From Ostrea edulis (taxonomy: Eukaryota), in the NCBI RefSeq assembly GCF_947568905.1, contig NC_079170.1, forward strand, positions 42,470,001 to 42,534,000: a stretch of DNA of 64,000 nt. The letters are read 5' to 3'. Below, in pieces: positions 13,629-27,120 of the stretch (the stretch's first letter is position 1; each line of letters begins with the position of its first letter). Position numbers and translations under genes: made by a program. A model generated the notes under the pieces. The model had not been told where the DNA came from. It ran no database searches and was given only the letters and a program-made list of their open reading frames with translations.

Positions 13629-13895
13629 GTCCTTAACATAGTTTTTACTATCAAAGCCAAAGATTCATTATTGATAGTAACAATTTGCTGTGGAGTCACG
13701 AAGACTGTCCTACCTATAGTAATGATAAAAATCTCGTATCTATATACATTTTTGCTTTTGAATATTTGAATGATAAAACTCGTACCTACATATGTATATA
13801 CATTTTTGCTTTGGAATAATTGAATGATAAAACTCGTACCTATATAAATTTTCTGTATGCGCATTTGTCTATTTGTAAAACGCCTTAGAGTAATT

Positions 13896-13953
<58 letters not shown>

Positions 13954-14088
13954 CGCTATATAACTTTTATTACTATTATTATCTAATGACTATCGCACAT
14001 TATCGCAATACATTGATATATGAATTATAAAGTGAAAGATCTTATATTTAAACCTGTTTAAAGATCCATTGGTATGTATATACAATTG

Positions 14089-14149
<61 letters not shown>

Positions 14150-14227
14150 CACTATAATCCAACAACACTCAACATCCAAAGTGTCGGATCTAATAGTAGA
14201 TACGAAGTCAAATAAAAAAGGATATAA

Positions 14228-14362
14228 AAAGCACTAAAAATGACCAATGACACGAACAACAGTGAATTGTCAAATTTTCGGGACAATCTGTCCCTTCCTC
14301 AGGTTGTCCCGAAAATTTGACAATTCACTGATGTTCGTGTCGTTGGTCATTTTTAGTGCTTT
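14228..14362. repeat. 59-bp near-perfect hairpin (fold-back element)
   Basis: Arms at 14228-14286 and 14304-14362 with 2 mismatches and a 17-nt loop. (TA)n tracts lie on both sides. Confidence 0.9.
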
Positions 14363-14364
14363 AT

Positions 14365-14422
<58 letters not shown>

Positions 14423-15225
14423 AATCATATTTCATAATAAATTGAAAAAAAATGAATTAGGGAATGTAAATGACATGTACACAAAACAGAAACTTCAGAC
14501 TTACAATACTGGGAGAAACAGTACTCACATTTCAACATGCCCGGTGTTTGTTATTATCCATCTCTTATTTAAAGTCTTGTTCAACACCCCCTGCTACCCT
14601 AATTTCAACGAAGGACCACCCGTGCCCAGATAAGAAATAAACACAAAACAAACACCGCTATATTGATTCCGAGGTCGGGATTTTAACACGCGTTTCTGTC
14701 GTATTAAAGAGACGAACTGAATAATGGGAATTATTGGTACCACGCTAATATTAAGTTGACTTTTTGTTTAAATGCATTAACTCGACGTACATTCATGTTA
14801 CTGACGTCCAGAGATAATTTTTTGGATAAGTGGGCTGTCATCATTTATTTCCATTCTTTCAATAATAAGGTAGAGGTGGGTGGATCTATCATTTCCCTGT
14901 TTAAGACATGCTAACAGCATGATACAAAATAAAGATCATATGTAAATACATGCTCTACTACGTGAACAAAATTCTTTTGAAAAAAAGTACCAATATCTTA
15001 ATGTTTCATAATCAATGTGTACATTCCATTTCATCCCTTTCTCGTTAAACTACGCTGCAAGCTTTGCGTTCATCATCTCCTTCCAATTTAGGAATCGGAT
15101 ATATGGCTCCGCGAAAACTTTGCGTTTTATTTTATAATAAAAATTAGAGAATTCTTGTATTCCCCCTCCGAGACAATATTACACAAAGAGGTGCTTTTCG
15201 TATCATACAGCCGGTCAAATTGGTA

Positions 15226-16432
15226 TAGCGTAGTAGTTTAGGCATAACGTTTAGAGTAGTAGTTTAGGAGTAGCGTATAGAGTAGAAGTTTATAGGCATA
15301 ACGTATAGAGTCGTAGTTTAGGCATAGCGTATAGAGCAGTAGTTTATAGGCATAGTGTATAGAGTAGTAGTTTATAGGCATAGCGTGTAGAGTAGTAGTG
15401 CATAGGCATAGCGTATAGAGTAGTAGTTTATAGACATAGCGTGTAGAGTAGTAGTGTATAGGCATAGCGTGTAGAGTAGCAGTTTATAGATATAGCGTAT
15501 AGAGTAGTAGTTTAGTCATAGCGTATAGAGTAGTAGTTTAGTCATAGCGTATAGAGTAGAAGTTTATAGGCATAGCGTATAGAGCAGTAGTTTAGAGACA
15601 TAGCGTATAGAGTAGTAGTTTAGGCATAGCGTGTAGACTTGTAGTTTATAGACATAGCGTATAGAGTAGTGGTTTAGGCATAGCGTGTAAACTAGTAGTT
15701 TATAGACATAGCGTATAGAGTAGTGGTTTAGGCATAGCGTGTAAACTAGTAGTTTATAGACATAGCGTATAGAGTAGTAGTTTAGGCATAGCGTATAGAG
15801 TAGTAGTTTATAGATATAGCGTATAGAGTAGTAGTTTAGGCATAGCGTGTAGACTAGTAGTTTATAGACATAGCGTATAGAGTAGTGGTTTATAGACATA
15901 GCGTATAGAGTAGTAGTTTAGGCATAGTGTATAGAGTAGTAGTTTATAGACATAGCGTATAGAGTAGTAGTTTATAGACATAGCGTATAGAGTAGTAGTT
16001 TAGGCATAGCGTGTAGACTAGTAGTTTATAGACATAGCGTATAGAGTAGTGGTTTAGGCATAGCGTGTAAACTAGTAATTTATAGACATAGCGTATAGAG
16101 TAGTGGTTTAGGCATAGCCTGTAAACTAGTAGTTTATAGACATAGCGTATAGAGTAGTAGTTTATAGATATAGCGTATAGAGTAGTAGTTTAGGCATAGC
16201 GTATAGAGTAGTAGTTTAGGCATAGCGTGTAAACTAGTAGTTTATAGGCATAGCGTATAGAGTAGTAGTTTATAGACATAGTGTATAAAATTAGTACTTT
16301 AGGCATAGCGTGTAGAGTAGTAGTTTACAGCCATAGCGTGTTGAGTAGTAGTTTATAAGCATAGCGTGTTGAGTAGTAGTTTATAAGCATAGCGTGTAGA
16401 GTGGAAGTTTATAGGCATAGCGTGTAGAGTAG
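15226..16432. repeat. 26/28-bp minisatellite (~45 copies)
   Basis: Units catagcgtatagagtagtagtttataga (28 bp) and catagcgtatagagtagtagtttagg (26 bp). Confidence 0.97.
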
Positions 16433-18846
16433 GCTTAGCCAGCTGTTGCTGTTCTGTAAATTTCCCAAACATGTGCGGACCAATCGGTAAATTTCAAACA
16501 ATAAAAGCATTTCATTGAGAGAACGTAAACATGAGCATTAAATGATTACTGCTTGACATCTATAGTGCAAATAACATGAAATGCTGAGTAAGCAAAACGT
16601 ATTTAACGCCCGTTAAGTAATACGTCTACACGCAGTGTTCAGCGATTACGTTATTAACACAATGAATAACAGGTATACAATGCATACGGAACGCGCAAAC
16701 TTTCTACACTCTGCTACATGTACGAATTAATTATTTCCATTCAAGACAATAAAAACGGTCACTTGAGGTCACAATAAAAACCGTCCACTGACCACAAATG
16801 ACCGAAAGCCGATGGGTCAGTAAATTTCTAAATGGTGATAATCATGTTATCGTATATGTCCATTAATCGATTGATTATCTAATTAGGCAATGATGGAAGG
16901 TCGTGAGTTGTCCTATCCATGCAGTACCGGGGCACCTTGTCCATTTATTATTACCCCCAGCTACATGTATAGCAAGACAGGACAGAGGGGCATTAGTGCA
17001 ATGCTGAGCGTCAATAATCATTATTTTGTCAGGACTAATGGAGAACACTTTAATACTGACAACCATGCATGTGTAAAACTGCCATTCAAAAATATAGGCT
17101 GGAAAAGGACTAAATCTCGGATACACTGAAATGGGTCATCACTGTATGACGAATACAGAGAGCTAGAAACATATTTAACATGTAGAACATTTTTTGTAAA
17201 TCTCCGAGAGAGCATATACGATTCCATGCTTATGTCTGTATGGGTTTCTTTATGGGAGTTTTTATGACTCTTTTTTTTTTAAAACCAATACTTAGAACTT
17301 GGTCAAAGAATGGAGATATTTTTTTGATAATGTGCGTGCATCATCCCAGTGCAATAAACTGCATGCAGATTTGTATCTTGTCAATTTATTTTATCAGCGG
17401 TGGTTGTAGAATTGTCACAGTAGGAACTTCCAGTCTTATCAAAATAGAATTACGATGCCAAATAAGATTGAAATTTAGGTGAGGCATACGGAAATAAGTG
17501 TTTTAATTTGTTTACACGTTCCGCAGGTGTCTTACAAGGTGAGAAACCTTTACAGTTCCTCTTCTGTCATAATGCGTGTAAGTGTTAAAACGGGGGATTT
17601 TTTCTATTCATCGGAAAATGCAAATTGAAATTCAAATAGCAATGAGCTTTGTCCTAAATCTCAAATAGCATCCTACGTTATGGTGAACATGACTATCGGT
17701 TGAAAAAAGTGCGTCAGTTTTACCGCGTAATATACTACCAATCCAACGTTATCAGTTAAAAGTATTTCATCAATATAAATGGCAATCAATACCCTTAATT
17801 CAAACGAAAATTAGAAGACTTTATCTATCGAATTGAATAAAATTCGCTTATTGCAAATAAAACAGTTGTTCAGTGATCGCTAAATCGAGTTCATGGTACT
17901 TGCTGCGAAGAGAATCGGAAGTGCTACTCCATTTAAATCGATTAGCAATTTACCAAATATTCGTTCATATCTCACCCGTAATTTGAATAAGCTCCTGCTT
18001 CCTATTTTAAATCTTTTCAGATAGAAATACCTCCTTTGTCCATTCTGCTATTAAATATATCACTAGTCTTAAATACTATGTTACAATTTACGCGATATCG
18101 TTAGTTCGACGCAGATTGTAATAAATTTGCAGATAATCACTATTTAACATTTACATCGAGCACGCATCTACGGGAACTCCAAGAAGTACATTTTTATGTT
18201 CCTTTCACAACAGTTGCCCGTGAGAGCGTGCATCCCGAAAACGGAAGAAAAAAAAATTATGAACACCAAATTAAAGATATAGATATAGACCTTTGTTACA
18301 ATGATAAAAGGTGGGGTGAGGAAAATTCCTATTTATTTTAGGATCAAATGGTTGGATGTCAAGGTTATTCCAGTGATTGTATGTAGCAGTATTATAAACA
18401 CCAAATGATGACTATCAATCCAGATTTTGTCCGAGGTTTCGTACAGAGATGACAAGAATAAGAAAGCTCGGTCAATATGTCAAAGATTGGGGCCACGCAT
18501 TATAACTCAAACACAACAAATGTTGTTGATACAAAATATTTACATTTCAAATGTATCTTTATAAATCGTAATGACAGCCAGCTCATGAATGTTCTGCAGT
18601 TGTGAACAGTGCGCGTATGAATCTTGATAAATATAGTACATTTACGTTTGTTTTAACGGCTGGGAAATCCTACAAATATGAAAGTACAATGTAAATATAA
18701 AAAATAAATTTCATTTTTTGAAAATAGATGAGGGTGTGAACTGCAACGCTTTACGCCGGGACACTTTTCACGAAGGGCTAACGCTAATGAAATTTATCTA
18801 AGATATATTTTTGTTCCATCTATCAGCAGCATCCTTGTTACATACG

Positions 18847-19122
18847 GGGATCTCGTGGGGATCCGGGTTACAATAGGTCATCAGTACCCCTTGCTTGTCG
18901 CAAGAGGTGACTAAATGGGGCGGTCCTTCGGATGATATCGTAAAATCCGAGGCTCCATGTCACAGTAGGTGTGGCACGATAAAGAACCCTCCCTGCTCAA
19001 AGGTCGTAAGCGCCGAGCATACATGTAGGCTTAAATTTTACAGCCCTTCACCGGCAATTATGACGTGTCCACATGAGTGAACAATCCTCGAGAGGGAAGT
19101 TAAACAATATACAATCAATCAA
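18847..19122 (+). mobile_element. SINE-family retroposon (shared 3' body, no tRNA head), 8-bp TSD
   Basis: TSD tacatacg at 18839-18846 and 19123-19130. Shares tgtcacagtaggtgtggca..taaagaaccctc..cgtaagcgccgagcat and a (caat)n tail with the 43434 copy. Confidence 0.8.
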
Positions 19123-22100
19123 TACATACGAGCATACAGATTACCTGGTAAGTAGAAAGAAAATACTTCTTAAGGTCTAAGTCAAAGGTCAAGGACATAC
19201 GTTTTGAGTATGGTGCCCATTGAATGATACATTTAGCATGTGACGAGAGAATTAGCGGCTTATCAGTGGGATTAGTGGATTACCAGTGGAATTCGCGGAT
19301 TATCAGTGCCCTTGGTTTGTGTAAATGTATTGACTAGATTTGACTTTTAGATATCATACACCAGTCTGCTATAACTACTCAATTATAAAACCATGGCTCT
19401 TGATTTGTGAAACTGTATATTAGTGTGTCTGCTACACTACTACACAAAACCGAGGCATACTCTGATCGGAGCGCGGACCATTCCAGCCCATTATGTATCA
19501 GTGGTCAGTGGTCAGTTTTTTGGGGGGAAGTAAAAGCTTGTTAGCCGTGACAGGTAACCCATGTTTCACGCTTGTAGACATTTATGTTTACATAGGACTA
19601 GAAATTCTAATAAACATAAAGGACACTGTAGAATGGAATCGGCATACGGGCGAGGACTTGTTAAGAATAAAAAATATCTAAGCGTCTAGGAAAACTTTTA
19701 TAAAATAGTTATTCCAATTATATACGTTCATCTAGATGTAACATATTTATATAAATATAATGGGTTTTATCTATCGTGTATTGCAACCGCGCGTCATCAT
19801 TTTTCAACTATCAAAATTATGCACAACAGGTACATGTACGCGAAATGTAGAAATATTTACATTTCCAGTGCTTTTGCCTTTGGTGATAGCCATTTCCACA
19901 TGAATGTGTTGCAGTTTTGAATGTGCTGATGAATCTGGATAAATATAGTACGTAAATTTTAAAGACTGGGAATTCCGACAGAAATGAAAGTAGAATGTAA
20001 ATTTCAGTTTTGAAAATACATAAGGGTATATGTACTGTGCACAACGCTTCACGGCGGATGGCTTTTCTTGAAGCGCTAACACGCATCATGAAGTACCCGC
20101 TGTGAAGCGTTGCAGTTCATACCCGTATGCACATGTACTTTCAAAAATGAAATTTACTTCTTAACTCAATGTATTAAATCAAGCGTTTGAATAATTCAAA
20201 TATCAGTGGAAACAGATATATCTTACATGTATGAATGTCATTCTACTCAAGGAAATGGGATTAAAAGCAAAAAGTTATTTGCGGTCCTGCAAAACAAGGA
20301 AAAGAAAAGAACCCACCTCAGAGTGATGTTAATCACAAATTACATTTGCTTTTTAAGAATTTACATCAGTGGCCGTCATTATGATTAAGAAAGGTACTCA
20401 CCCGCTTGACATCAAGTCATATTCCAAGCCCTCAGAACAAGATTTCAAACGAATTTCTCAGAGATCGGCTATGTCCATTTTGGATTTTACAACGCTTTGT
20501 CCGATTCCTGTCATAGAAATGGTCACAATGTTAGCAGAGCGTAGTCGATGACGTGCAGAACTACATAATCAGGAACTAGATTTACTGTCAGAAGTTAATG
20601 TTGAAGCCGTATTAATCAGACATAAACATACATATAAACGCCAATCACTGGGAAATTAGTGTTTTCTTCAGTCGTCACGCTCTAACGAGTTACCGACCAT
20701 AACAAAAGTTATGGAATCTTAATTGTTGGTTGTTTTTTTTACACAATTGCACAATTTAACGTTTTTCTTGCTCTCTAACACAGCACCAGAGAGCTGCTTT
20801 TGTACGCAACTCGTGTCAAAGTTCTTATTACATTATACTAGCTCTCTTTCCTGCAAATGTTTGGTTTCTTTGACAATTGGCACTCCTCTATTTCCATTTT
20901 GTTGAGTTAATCCAGAAGTCCAATTGTTTAAAAAAAAGTCTTACGAAGGCTGTACAAATTGAGAACATTTCCAAATGATTTGTTTGACCTTGTCTCAAAG
21001 ATTCCGTTCAGAGGGAATTTTATATATCAAACACCCGCATGACGTAATGTGATGAATGGCAACGAAGGGTTTCAACCTCTTGAAGAATTAAAACATTGAT
21101 TTGAACCAGGGAGAAGTGTTTTCTTTTTGTTTGGCACAGGTTGACTGAAGTGAACTTCTGTCTTGTTTTAACGACGGTAATAGCGGGCGGTAACAACTCG
21201 AGTGAAGACAAAGAGAGAGGCTGCTCGACGTTTTGCCAAATCTCCAATTTCTAGATTACCAAAATTAACGATCCATGTAAAAAATCATCAACATCCAATT
21301 AGAATTCATTTGATTTGATTTTAATTTCTTACTTTTCTATTCAATCTTCTTTTTTTAATCCTCTTTTCTTTCTGAAACTTTTATTTTTGTCAATTTTTTG
21401 ATTTTCAGACATTTCATGAATAAATATCCAAGTTGTTTGATTTATGGGGGTAAATGGAAACAAAGCAAGCCTGTTTAAAAACGGAAGCACAAGTTCCTAT
21501 ATGAGGTTATATAAATATTGAACTGCATGTAGCAAATAATTATTATTGACAAAACATCAGTAAATGTCAATATTTACTATGAATCTCAATACGTTGAACA
21601 CATTTTTAGTTGATGAGAAATTGACATTCTTAAATCATATCTAAAGCTACAAATAAATTCTACAACTATCCATCGAAAAACATTACGTTGAAGCCACTGC
21701 CTGTCTCGCTCGCCGCCATTGAATTTCTTAAAACTTGTACTGATCGTTTTCTCTCTCATACTTCATATTTTCAGTAATTGGCAACAAATTGATTAGAGTG
21801 AAATCTAGACTGAAATCTAGGACCAATATCGCACTGAACAGACGCCTCTAGCCTGTTCTTCACTCCTGTGTGTGTTATCACGTTTTTCTGGTTCTATGGT
21901 TCTCTAGTCACTGGGTGGGTTTCTACAGATAGATCATGTTTGAACTGTTGACTCCAGTTTTTATACCATTTTGTTCGGGGGTTTTTCAGAATTCGAGCCA
22001 AATGTTTATGGATTTACTAAAACTATCTACAGTGGTATTGATTACACAAACAGTAGATCGTCGTAGTATTCGGGTTAAGTTTTATACAGATATGTAGTGA

Positions 22101-23339
22101 TATCTTTAAACAATAAAATAAAGATGTAAGGGAAGTTTAATTATTTTTAAACCCACCCAACCCACCCCCCCAAAAAGAGGATGAAAAACCACACACACAA
22201 AACAAAGGGAAAAAAAAAACATAAAAAAATATAAAAACACAATTATTATTTGATCGTCATCATGAATGTATGTATTGCGATGGGAATTTCAGAAAAAGAA
22301 AAAGTTTCAGACAAGATTTCGGAAGCATATTGAGAAATATGAAAATCTCACAAACCAACGGGCGTACGTCTATAGTTCAAAGCGTGCGTATCTTGATTTC
22401 TATGTCATATTTTCCTTTGTATAACAGCCCTTGAACACCTAACATGCTGAACACACCTGAGGGGTAACTTTACACCATGAAAAACATTCTGCAACATCAA
22501 TGTAAATATCGCAGTACTGATACATCAATGAAAAACTAACGCGACTTACCCGAGTGCCTGCATTTGTAACAGCTTTCCTCTCTTGATTAGGCAAGAGTCT
22601 GAATAGAAAATCGCAGTGTATAAAATATGTTGTCAACAATGCCATTACGTTGAAATCGTCAAATTTGGAGTTTTTGAAAACTTTAAGGATTTCTTCTGAT
22701 AACGCGTTTACCCATCTATCACGTGACCGTGGTGTTTGGGTGAAAATCGTGACGTATTTCTGAATTTCTAAACTGCAGCAATTTACATCGCAACTGTGCA
22801 CAATTTTGACAGCTAAAAGTGCACGTATGATGTCAGAGAATTTTGCAATGTTTTGTCAACCGGTGTTACTTCCGTCTGTAAATCGCAGCCATAGAAACCT
22901 GTCCCTCTTTGTGCACACATTCACAATGAAATTTAAAATAAATTTCATTTTCATACTATATGTTGTTGGTTGTTACCCACCTTGTTTGATTGAAATGGAG
23001 TCATGCTGTATGATATACTGCCAAATATGTCCAAGCGTCCACCAGTCTCCGGACACTTAACTATACGCAAGTTACAGTGTGGTGATGTGCTTGCTTGTAA
23101 AAAAAAAAAAAAAACTAAGCTAAGCCGTTGGACTTAAGAACATAAAAGTGTTTACGTCCTCAGCGCAGTTTCAGAGAAATGGGTGATAAAACCAGATTTT
23201 AAGAGGCACACAAGGTACCAGCGTCCACCTACACAGGTGTTTACAGTCTAGCCGCAATTTCCATTCACAAGAAGCCTTTATACAGCCGACAGAAATGAAG
23301 GAGTTCTATTTAGTCATACTTCCTGAAATTAGTAATAGC

Positions 23340-24385
23340 TGGGTTTCAGCTGCGCTGAGAGCTATAGATATTCATCTGATCCAAGTTTATCCATAGAATG
23401 CCTGTCTGTTTGTCAGTGCCTATGGATGCTTAGAACTTTTCATATTTTGAACTTCTTCTCACGAACCATGGCACCAATTTCAACCAACCTTGCAACAAAC
23501 CTTAGCCAAAGGGGATTCAAGTTGTTTAGATTTAGGGACACATCGTCTTCCTAGACAAGATAATTAAGAACGGTGCAAATAGAGTGGTGTGTAACCAGAA
23601 ATGTCAAAGTATGAAAGCCTCCTTATGTGTATGAGGTACGAGTTTGCTGAACCATGAGCCCCAAGGCCAGGTTAGGGTCGTAGGAGGGGTTAAAAATTGC
23701 ATTTCAATTCCGTGGCCCGGCTTATAAACATTATGATAAGCGTATAATGGAATGTAGATTCAATTTTTCACACCATGACTCTGTGGGGTACCGCTGGAGC
23801 ATGAAAGGGGTTCAAAGTCTTCCTAAGAACCACAGGTGCTCATTATGTAAAATTAATATGCAAGCATTATCATTGATATACATTCAATTTTGTTTTATTA
23901 TGGTCAGTGTGGGGCAGCAAGAGGGTTGAATGTTTCTTACAGCAATGAAGGGGATCTGCTTGTTTGAATCTTCTCGAGAACCACAATGATATAATTTTGC
24001 AAGCATCCTTGTGTAGTGTAGAATTAAGGTCCTCGATGTGACTTACGGTTGTCAGTTGGTTGTATATTGATTAACGTCCCGTCCCGCTCGAGAATTTTTC
24101 ACTCATATGGATATGTCACCATTACGGATGGAGGGCTGTAAAATGTAGGCCTATGCTCGGCGCTTACAGCCATTGAGCAGGTAGGGATCTTTATCATGCC
24201 ACACCCGCTGTGACACGGGTCCTCGGTTTTTGCAGTCTCATCCGAAGGACCGCCCCATTTATTTGCCTCTCACGACTTACGGTATTAGGATGGGGGTTAT
24301 AAGGGGCATAATTGGCAATCATTGTTTTACACGGGAAATGCAGTAGCCGTGGTGAGCGATGCTGCCCATGGACCTCTTGTCTTCT
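23340..24385 (+). mobile_element. Non-autonomous Helentron/HINE-like oyster element with degenerate internal repeats, interrupted by a SINE
   Basis: Internal ttttgaacttcttctc...accaatttcaaccaac...aaggggattcaagtt and 3' end gtgagcgat..cccatggacctcttgt. These match, from memory, the satellite-carrying oyster Helitron-type elements; not searched. Confidence 0.55.
24050..24273 (-). mobile_element. 5'-truncated copy of the same retroposon, 10-bp TSD
   Basis: TSD gacttacggt at 24040-24049 and 24274-24283. Body matches 18900-19110 in reverse. Confidence 0.8.
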
Positions 24386-24459
24386 AAATGTCTTAGCATT
24401 TCATCGCATTCTTTATAGAAGGGTTGGACAAGAAAATGAAAGGAGCTGAGGTCCGCCTT

Positions 24460-26610
24460 ATCTTACGAAAAACATAAAAGGAGATAACTCAAACTCGGGA
24501 TACGAAAATGGTGCAAGAAAATGATGAATGGAGTTAAACTTTAGCACAGCTACATACGAAAATAATAAAAGGATTAAACTTTAGCACAAGATACGAAAAT
24601 GATAAGAGGAGTTCAACTTTAACACGGGATGCGAAAACAATACATGTAATTAAGCTCAAACTTTTGATGTGGAGACGGTAAAAGGAATGCAACTCAAACA
24701 TATGACACGATCATAATGGAAGGATTTAAACTCAGATTCAGAATACGAAAATTATATGAGTTTTAAATAAAAAATCAACTCAGGATACGAAAAATATTAC
24801 AAAATCTACTTGATGTTTAAATTAAACTCGGAATACGAAAATAATACAAGGAATTAAAATCAGACTCAGAACAAATGAAAACAATACAAAGAGTTAAATT
24901 CAAATGCAGAATACAAAAATGATACAAAGAGTTAAATTCTTTTATCAGCTTATTGTGCATAAATGACCTTCCGTTGTATGCAAATAATTCACATGTTGAC
25001 ATGTTTGCCGACGATGTTACTCCACACTGTAATGGCCATGGTACGAGATGTCTAGAAAATGTTCTCAATGCAGATCTTTGTGACATTGAGAACTGGTTCT
25101 CATAGAATCAAATGGTGCTGAACGTAAATAAAACAAAATGTATTCTTATGAGTAAGCAGCAAATAAAATCAAAATTAGATGAATCCAAATTTAAACTTGT
25201 TACTAGAAATAACGCAATGTAAATGATAGAGATGCTTCTTGGTGTACACATTGATGTCAAATTACTTTAGACCAATCATATCATCCTACCTTAAACTACA
25301 AATTATTTACACTACGCGAGATAAGAAAAACGTTTTTATTCCTACATACCAGAAAGCCTAGTTAAAATGCCTAGATTCTGCCTTCTATCAATTCCTGTTT
25401 GATTTTTTGAGGTAATACACCCAAACTTGGTGTAGGAATAATATTTAAGATACAACAACAACAACAACAACAAAAAAAAAAAAAAAAAAAAAAAAAGAGC
25501 TGTGTGGATAATTCTGGATGCAAGTCCAGCTTTGTGAAACTTGGTTAATTGACTGACAGTTTATTACATTAGCTAGTTGATTTTATCATTTGAAAATTTT
25601 AGCGGTTTGGCTCGCGGTTATCTTGGTGAGTTATTTGAATTTCAATCCTCAGCTTCTTACCGTCTGCGTTCTGAATCAAATCACGATCTTCGATTACCAA
25701 AGTTTAGCACAAAATTATTCAAAATCTCTTTACAATGTTACAAACTACAATGATATGTAAAATATTATCTCACAGACATCAGCTATCTATACATTGAATG
25801 AATTATGTCCATTTACCTAACCTGCTTTGTATTCACTTTATAACTTTTGTTTATACATGTATTTATGTTCATTTATTCTATGTAAAAACGTTAAACCTAT
25901 GAACTGTATGGTTCTTCGTTATAAACAATACAATATGATATTTAGGTAAAAACCTATGAAACGCATTACTATAACACATAAGGCTTTCTCAGTCTCATCA
26001 TATTTTTTAAACCAATAATGTAGAGCAATACGTTATCAGGTGCTGTGCTACTATTTTTCTTCTCATACATAATTTCATACATTTAAATGTATGTTTTTTC
26101 ATCGCAATTTGGGAGATTAGATTTTGGTTTTTATTGCTATATAATTATGATAAGTAATATAGACGGAGTTTTGTTACATGCTTTTGTGGTCATGCTTTTG
26201 AACCCCTGTTTTAAATGATTATTCTTGTATATAATTGTACGTATCAACTGGAGGGTCATATAAAAGAATGGTGCGTGCACTAATTAGGCCACTTTCTTGA
26301 AATAAAGTAATATTTTTATCATTATTAAACTCACACCTAGGACACGAAAATAACAAAAGTTATACAAGAAATTAAACTTGGGACGAAAAATAATAGGAGT
26401 TTATTAAGATCAAACTCATGATTCGAAAATAATACAAAGAGTTAAATTCAAATCAGGATACAAAAATTATGAAGAAATCAAACTCAAACACGGGATACGA
26501 AACTGATAAAAGGGACTAAACTCTAATTCAAAATACGAAAATAATGGAAAGAGTTATTCAAAACTAAGAGAAGGATTCAAAATTAAACTCAGGATACGAA
26601 AATGATAGAA
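24460..26610. repeat. Degenerate ~33-40 bp tandem array split by the LINE (24460-24939 and 26323-26610)
   Basis: The motif ttaaactc.ggatacgaaaat.ata recurs on both sides of the LINE. Confidence 0.75.
24940..26322 (+). mobile_element. 5'-truncated CR1/L2-like LINE
   Basis: LLCINDLPLY...VDMFADD (TTT GCC GAC GAT at 25004-25015), ...NADLCDIENWFS*NQMVLNVNKTKCILM, LGVHID. Stops and frameshifts. AATAAA near the 3' end. Confidence 0.85.
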
Positions 26611-26929
26611 ATACTATTGTCTTAGAAATTTTGAAATAAATAGAACCGATTAAAAACTTCAGTGAAAACAATATTTGTGAGGAAGTATAGAAGTACCTGA
26701 AATAACATAAGAATTCGGAAACCAGTTTTAGTTAATTCATTCGTAAAATTTACTATAGTATATAATTGGAATTACCTGCATGTGTCTCTGCCCAATTTGG
26801 TTCAGTTTACATATGTTACATTGCCGATGAACAAAACAAATTTAGGAGAAAATGAGGAATTATAGACCACGGAGACAGAGAAGCAGAAATGATAAGTAGA
26901 GGTTGACAGACGCTGAATTTTAATTTGGA

Positions 26930-27120
26930 TTCATTAATGAGTTGGTGAGCAGCTCATCCGAGTTGGAAAACTGTGCATCACCTTACCAGAATTACTCCAG
27001 CATTTTAGTTGTATGTCAATGACTAAAGGAAATGCCCTCGTGGCTGAGATACTGACGTTTCCACAGTCTAAGAGAAAATGATGTACCGAATCGTTTAATG
27101 ACCACTTCAGATACAATTAA
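26930..27120 (-). mobile_element. Possible LINE C-terminal zinc-knuckle relic
   Basis: DSVHHFLLDC resembles the E-T-x-x-H-F-L-x-x-C motif. No further context was recognised. Confidence 0.3.

Noticed and set aside
15238-15899. Tyr/Leu-rich minus-strand ORFs
   Set aside because: Translations of the 26/28-bp satellite.
22439-22801. 120-aa ORF with a PH-helix-like RDRWVNAL stretch
   Set aside because: No other domain features. It is better treated as a possible non-coding exon.
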